Shown in pieces: positions 62,121 through 64,000 of a stretch of DNA of 64,000 bases; positions within the stretch are counted from its first letter, which is position 1, and every line of letters starts with the position of its first letter. The notes beneath the pieces were generated by a model that was not told the origin of the DNA, ran no database searches, and saw nothing but the letters and a program-made list of their open reading frames with translations. Source of the DNA: Amoebidium appalachense. Taxonomy: Eukaryota > Protista > Ichthyosporea. The position numbers were made by a program, and so were the translations under genes. The stretch is taken from contig CAVNZM010000015.1 of assembly GCA_963693365.1 (NCBI GenBank), positions 5,898,624 through 5,962,623 of the forward strand, read 5' to 3'.

Positions 62121-63657
62121 CGGCCAGATGGTTGAGGGGTCCTGGTAGGTAGGATGCCTGTAACGTAAATTGGTATTGCATTTCCATGCGGGTGATGAAC
62201 CGAATAAGTTTGGCCATCACGGGGTGGGGGGAAGACCGGGAGTGCAGGTCGGACACAGCACCCGTGTTGTCGCATAAAATACGGACATGGTGGGTGGACC
62301 AGGAGGGGGCCCAGAGGGCCACGGCGGCTGCGATGGCCAGGAGTTCGATGACGGAAGAACCGAGTTTACCCTCATGAGCATAGAGGGCTTGGGTGGAGGG
62401 GGACCAGGGCATGAAGAACCATTGGTCGAGCCAGTGGCCACCTAGACCCACCGATCCGGCAGCATCAGTGGCCAGGGTGGTGTATGTGGGGGGTGTGATG
62501 AGGTGCACCCCATTCCATGATGTGAGGAACTGGTGCCATTCGGCTATGTCGGCCCGGGCGGCAGCAGTCAGTCGTATGTGGTGGTGGCCGGCAAGGTGTG
62601 GGTGGGTCCGGAGAAGGGCCCATAGGCGCTGGGAGAAGGCCCTCCCGGGGGGAACCAGCTGGGCACACCAGGTGAGTTTGCCGAGGAGGGACTGGAGGTC
62701 CCGAATGGTGATGGTGGGCTTTGGGTGGGAAGTGAGGTCGAGTAGGTCCGAGAGCTTGGAAGCCGGGATTCGTGCCTCCATGGCGATGGAGTCGAATTCG
62801 ATACCGATGAAGACGACACGGGTAGCCGGGCCCTGCATCTTGTCTTCGGAGATGGCAATGTGCAGCTCTCGGCAGAGTTGCAGGAAGGTGGATAGGTGAC
62901 GTTGGCACTGCTCTTGTGTGGGGGCGACTATAATCCAGTCGTCTACGTAGTGGCGGATGAGGGTAATACCGTGCTGGTGTGCCAGCCACTGTAGGGTGGC
63001 CGCGATCCGTTCCCAGATGGCTGGGCTAGATTTCAGGCCGAAGGGCAGTCTGGTTTCAACGTAAAAATGCCCTTGCCATTTGAATGCCATTAAGTGGTGG
63101 TCTTCCGGTCGGATGGGCATGTGCCGGAAGGCAGCCTGCACATCTGCCACGGCCATGTAGCAGCCGGGGCCTGCGTCGAGAATGAGTTGGGTGACATCCC
63201 GGGCGCGAATGTACTGAAGTTCGTCGGGGTAGGTGATGTTGTCATTGACACTGCCACCCCGGGGCCAGGAGAGGTGGTGGATTCGACGGTACTTGGGGGG
63301 GTTCCCTTTCTTGGTAACGGCGCCGATGGGGGAGGAACGGTGGACGGGAAATTCGTCAAAGAATTGGGCCGGGGAGAGGGGGCCGCGCAGGTGGCCGAGG
63401 GCGACTTCTTTGGCAATATCCACCGTGATAGCGGCAGCTGCCTCCGGGGTGGTGGGTAGGTTGGGGCCCACCCGAGAGGTGGAGGGGCCGCGATAGCCGA
63501 TGTCGACGCCGAATTCGACATCGTGGAGGAGTTGTGCGGCGAATGGTTGGTCCGGGTAGGAGGCCAGCAGTTCCCGGAGGCGGGAGGTGTCAATGTGGTG
63601 CTGGGGCAGCGGGCGGGCCACCGGGTCTGAGCCTCGGGGGAAGGGGGTGGTTAGCAA
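62005..63657 (-). CDS. RT/RNase H, Ngaro copy 4 (open, no upstream AUG)
   Basis: 550-aa open frame starting at TTG; YVDD. Confidence 0.93.
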   Translation of the reverse strand: MLTTPFPRGSDPVARPLPQHHIDTSRLRELLASYPDQPFAAQLLHDVEFGVDIGYRGPSTSRVGPNLPTTPEAAAAITVDIAKEVALGHLRGPLSPAQFFDEFPVHRSSPIGAVTKKGNPPKYRRIHHLSWPRGGSVNDNITYPDELQYIRARDVTQLILDAGPGCYMAVADVQAAFRHMPIRPEDHHLMAFKWQGHFYVETRLPFGLKSSPAIWERIAATLQWLAHQHGITLIRHYVDDWIIVAPTQEQCQRHLSTFLQLCRELHIAISEDKMQGPATRVVFIGIEFDSIAMEARIPASKLSDLLDLTSHPKPTITIRDLQSLLGKLTWCAQLVPPGRAFSQRLWALLRTHPHLAGHHHIRLTAAARADIAEWHQFLTSWNGVHLITPPTYTTLATDAAGSVGLGGHWLDQWFFMPWSPSTQALYAHEGKLGSSVIELLAIAAAVALWAPSWSTHHVRILCDNTGAVSDLHSRSSPHPVMAKLIRFITRMEMQYQFTLQASYLPGPLNHLADAISRNQLPRARRLRPSLQPEPCPFPSWVHEFLSLPLG

Positions 63658-63688
63658 GGGTGGTGTACCCTTGGGGAGATCCCGGCAG

Positions 63689-63738
<50 letters not shown>

Positions 63739-64000
63739 CAGGGCCCCGGGGGGTTAGAGTAGGGCAGCTGGGCCCAAGTGAGGGTTGGCAGGGAGGGGAG
63801 CGGGGCCCTGTGCAGGGGAATGTGCCCGAGCACGCGGGGGTGTGGGCGGACACAGCGGTAGAAGAAGGGGGGGGGGGAGGGAGTGCTAGGTGAGTGTAAG
63901 GGGGGGGGGGGGGAGGCTCGTGGGATGGGGGGGGGGAGTAAGATTATGTGCAGTGGCCAGAATAAAAGTCTTTGTGTAGGGACATTTATTCGTGACGCGC

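Larger units (their letters stand above)
60232..64000 (-). mobile_element. Ngaro-type YR retrotransposon, copy 4 (runs off window end)
   Basis: B2-spacer-A2-B1 at 60232-60890, then YR and RT ORFs and part of the gag-pol spacer. Confidence 0.95.

Overview
Eukaryotic, repeat-saturated 64-kb window: spliceosomal GT-AG introns full of poly-C/G and (CA)n tracts, with nested transposons. The dominant feature is four near-identical copies of a ~5.4-kb Ngaro-type tyrosine-recombinase retrotransposon (A1-gag-RT/RNaseH-YR-B1-A2-B2; 10028-15433, 40342-45625, 48221-53656, 60232->end). Its pol ORF has no AUG upstream of the RT core and is separated from gag by a conserved ~210-nt rod-like RNA fold with splice-site-like ends. 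Other mobile DNA: a 15.2-kb TA-flanked TIR element splitting a USP-like peptidase ORF, a Harbinger derivative, a non-autonomous Copia element (925-bp LTRs) inside a LINE RT, further LINE fragments, a P-type transposase fragment and a probable P-element excision footprint. Also present: a D5-like primase-helicase relic, two ~184-bp satellite arrays with higher-order structure, two candidate structured ncRNAs, and a multi-exon METTL15/RsmH-like gene lacking its central subdomain. All calls are from manual reading and motif recall; no searches or folding programs were run.
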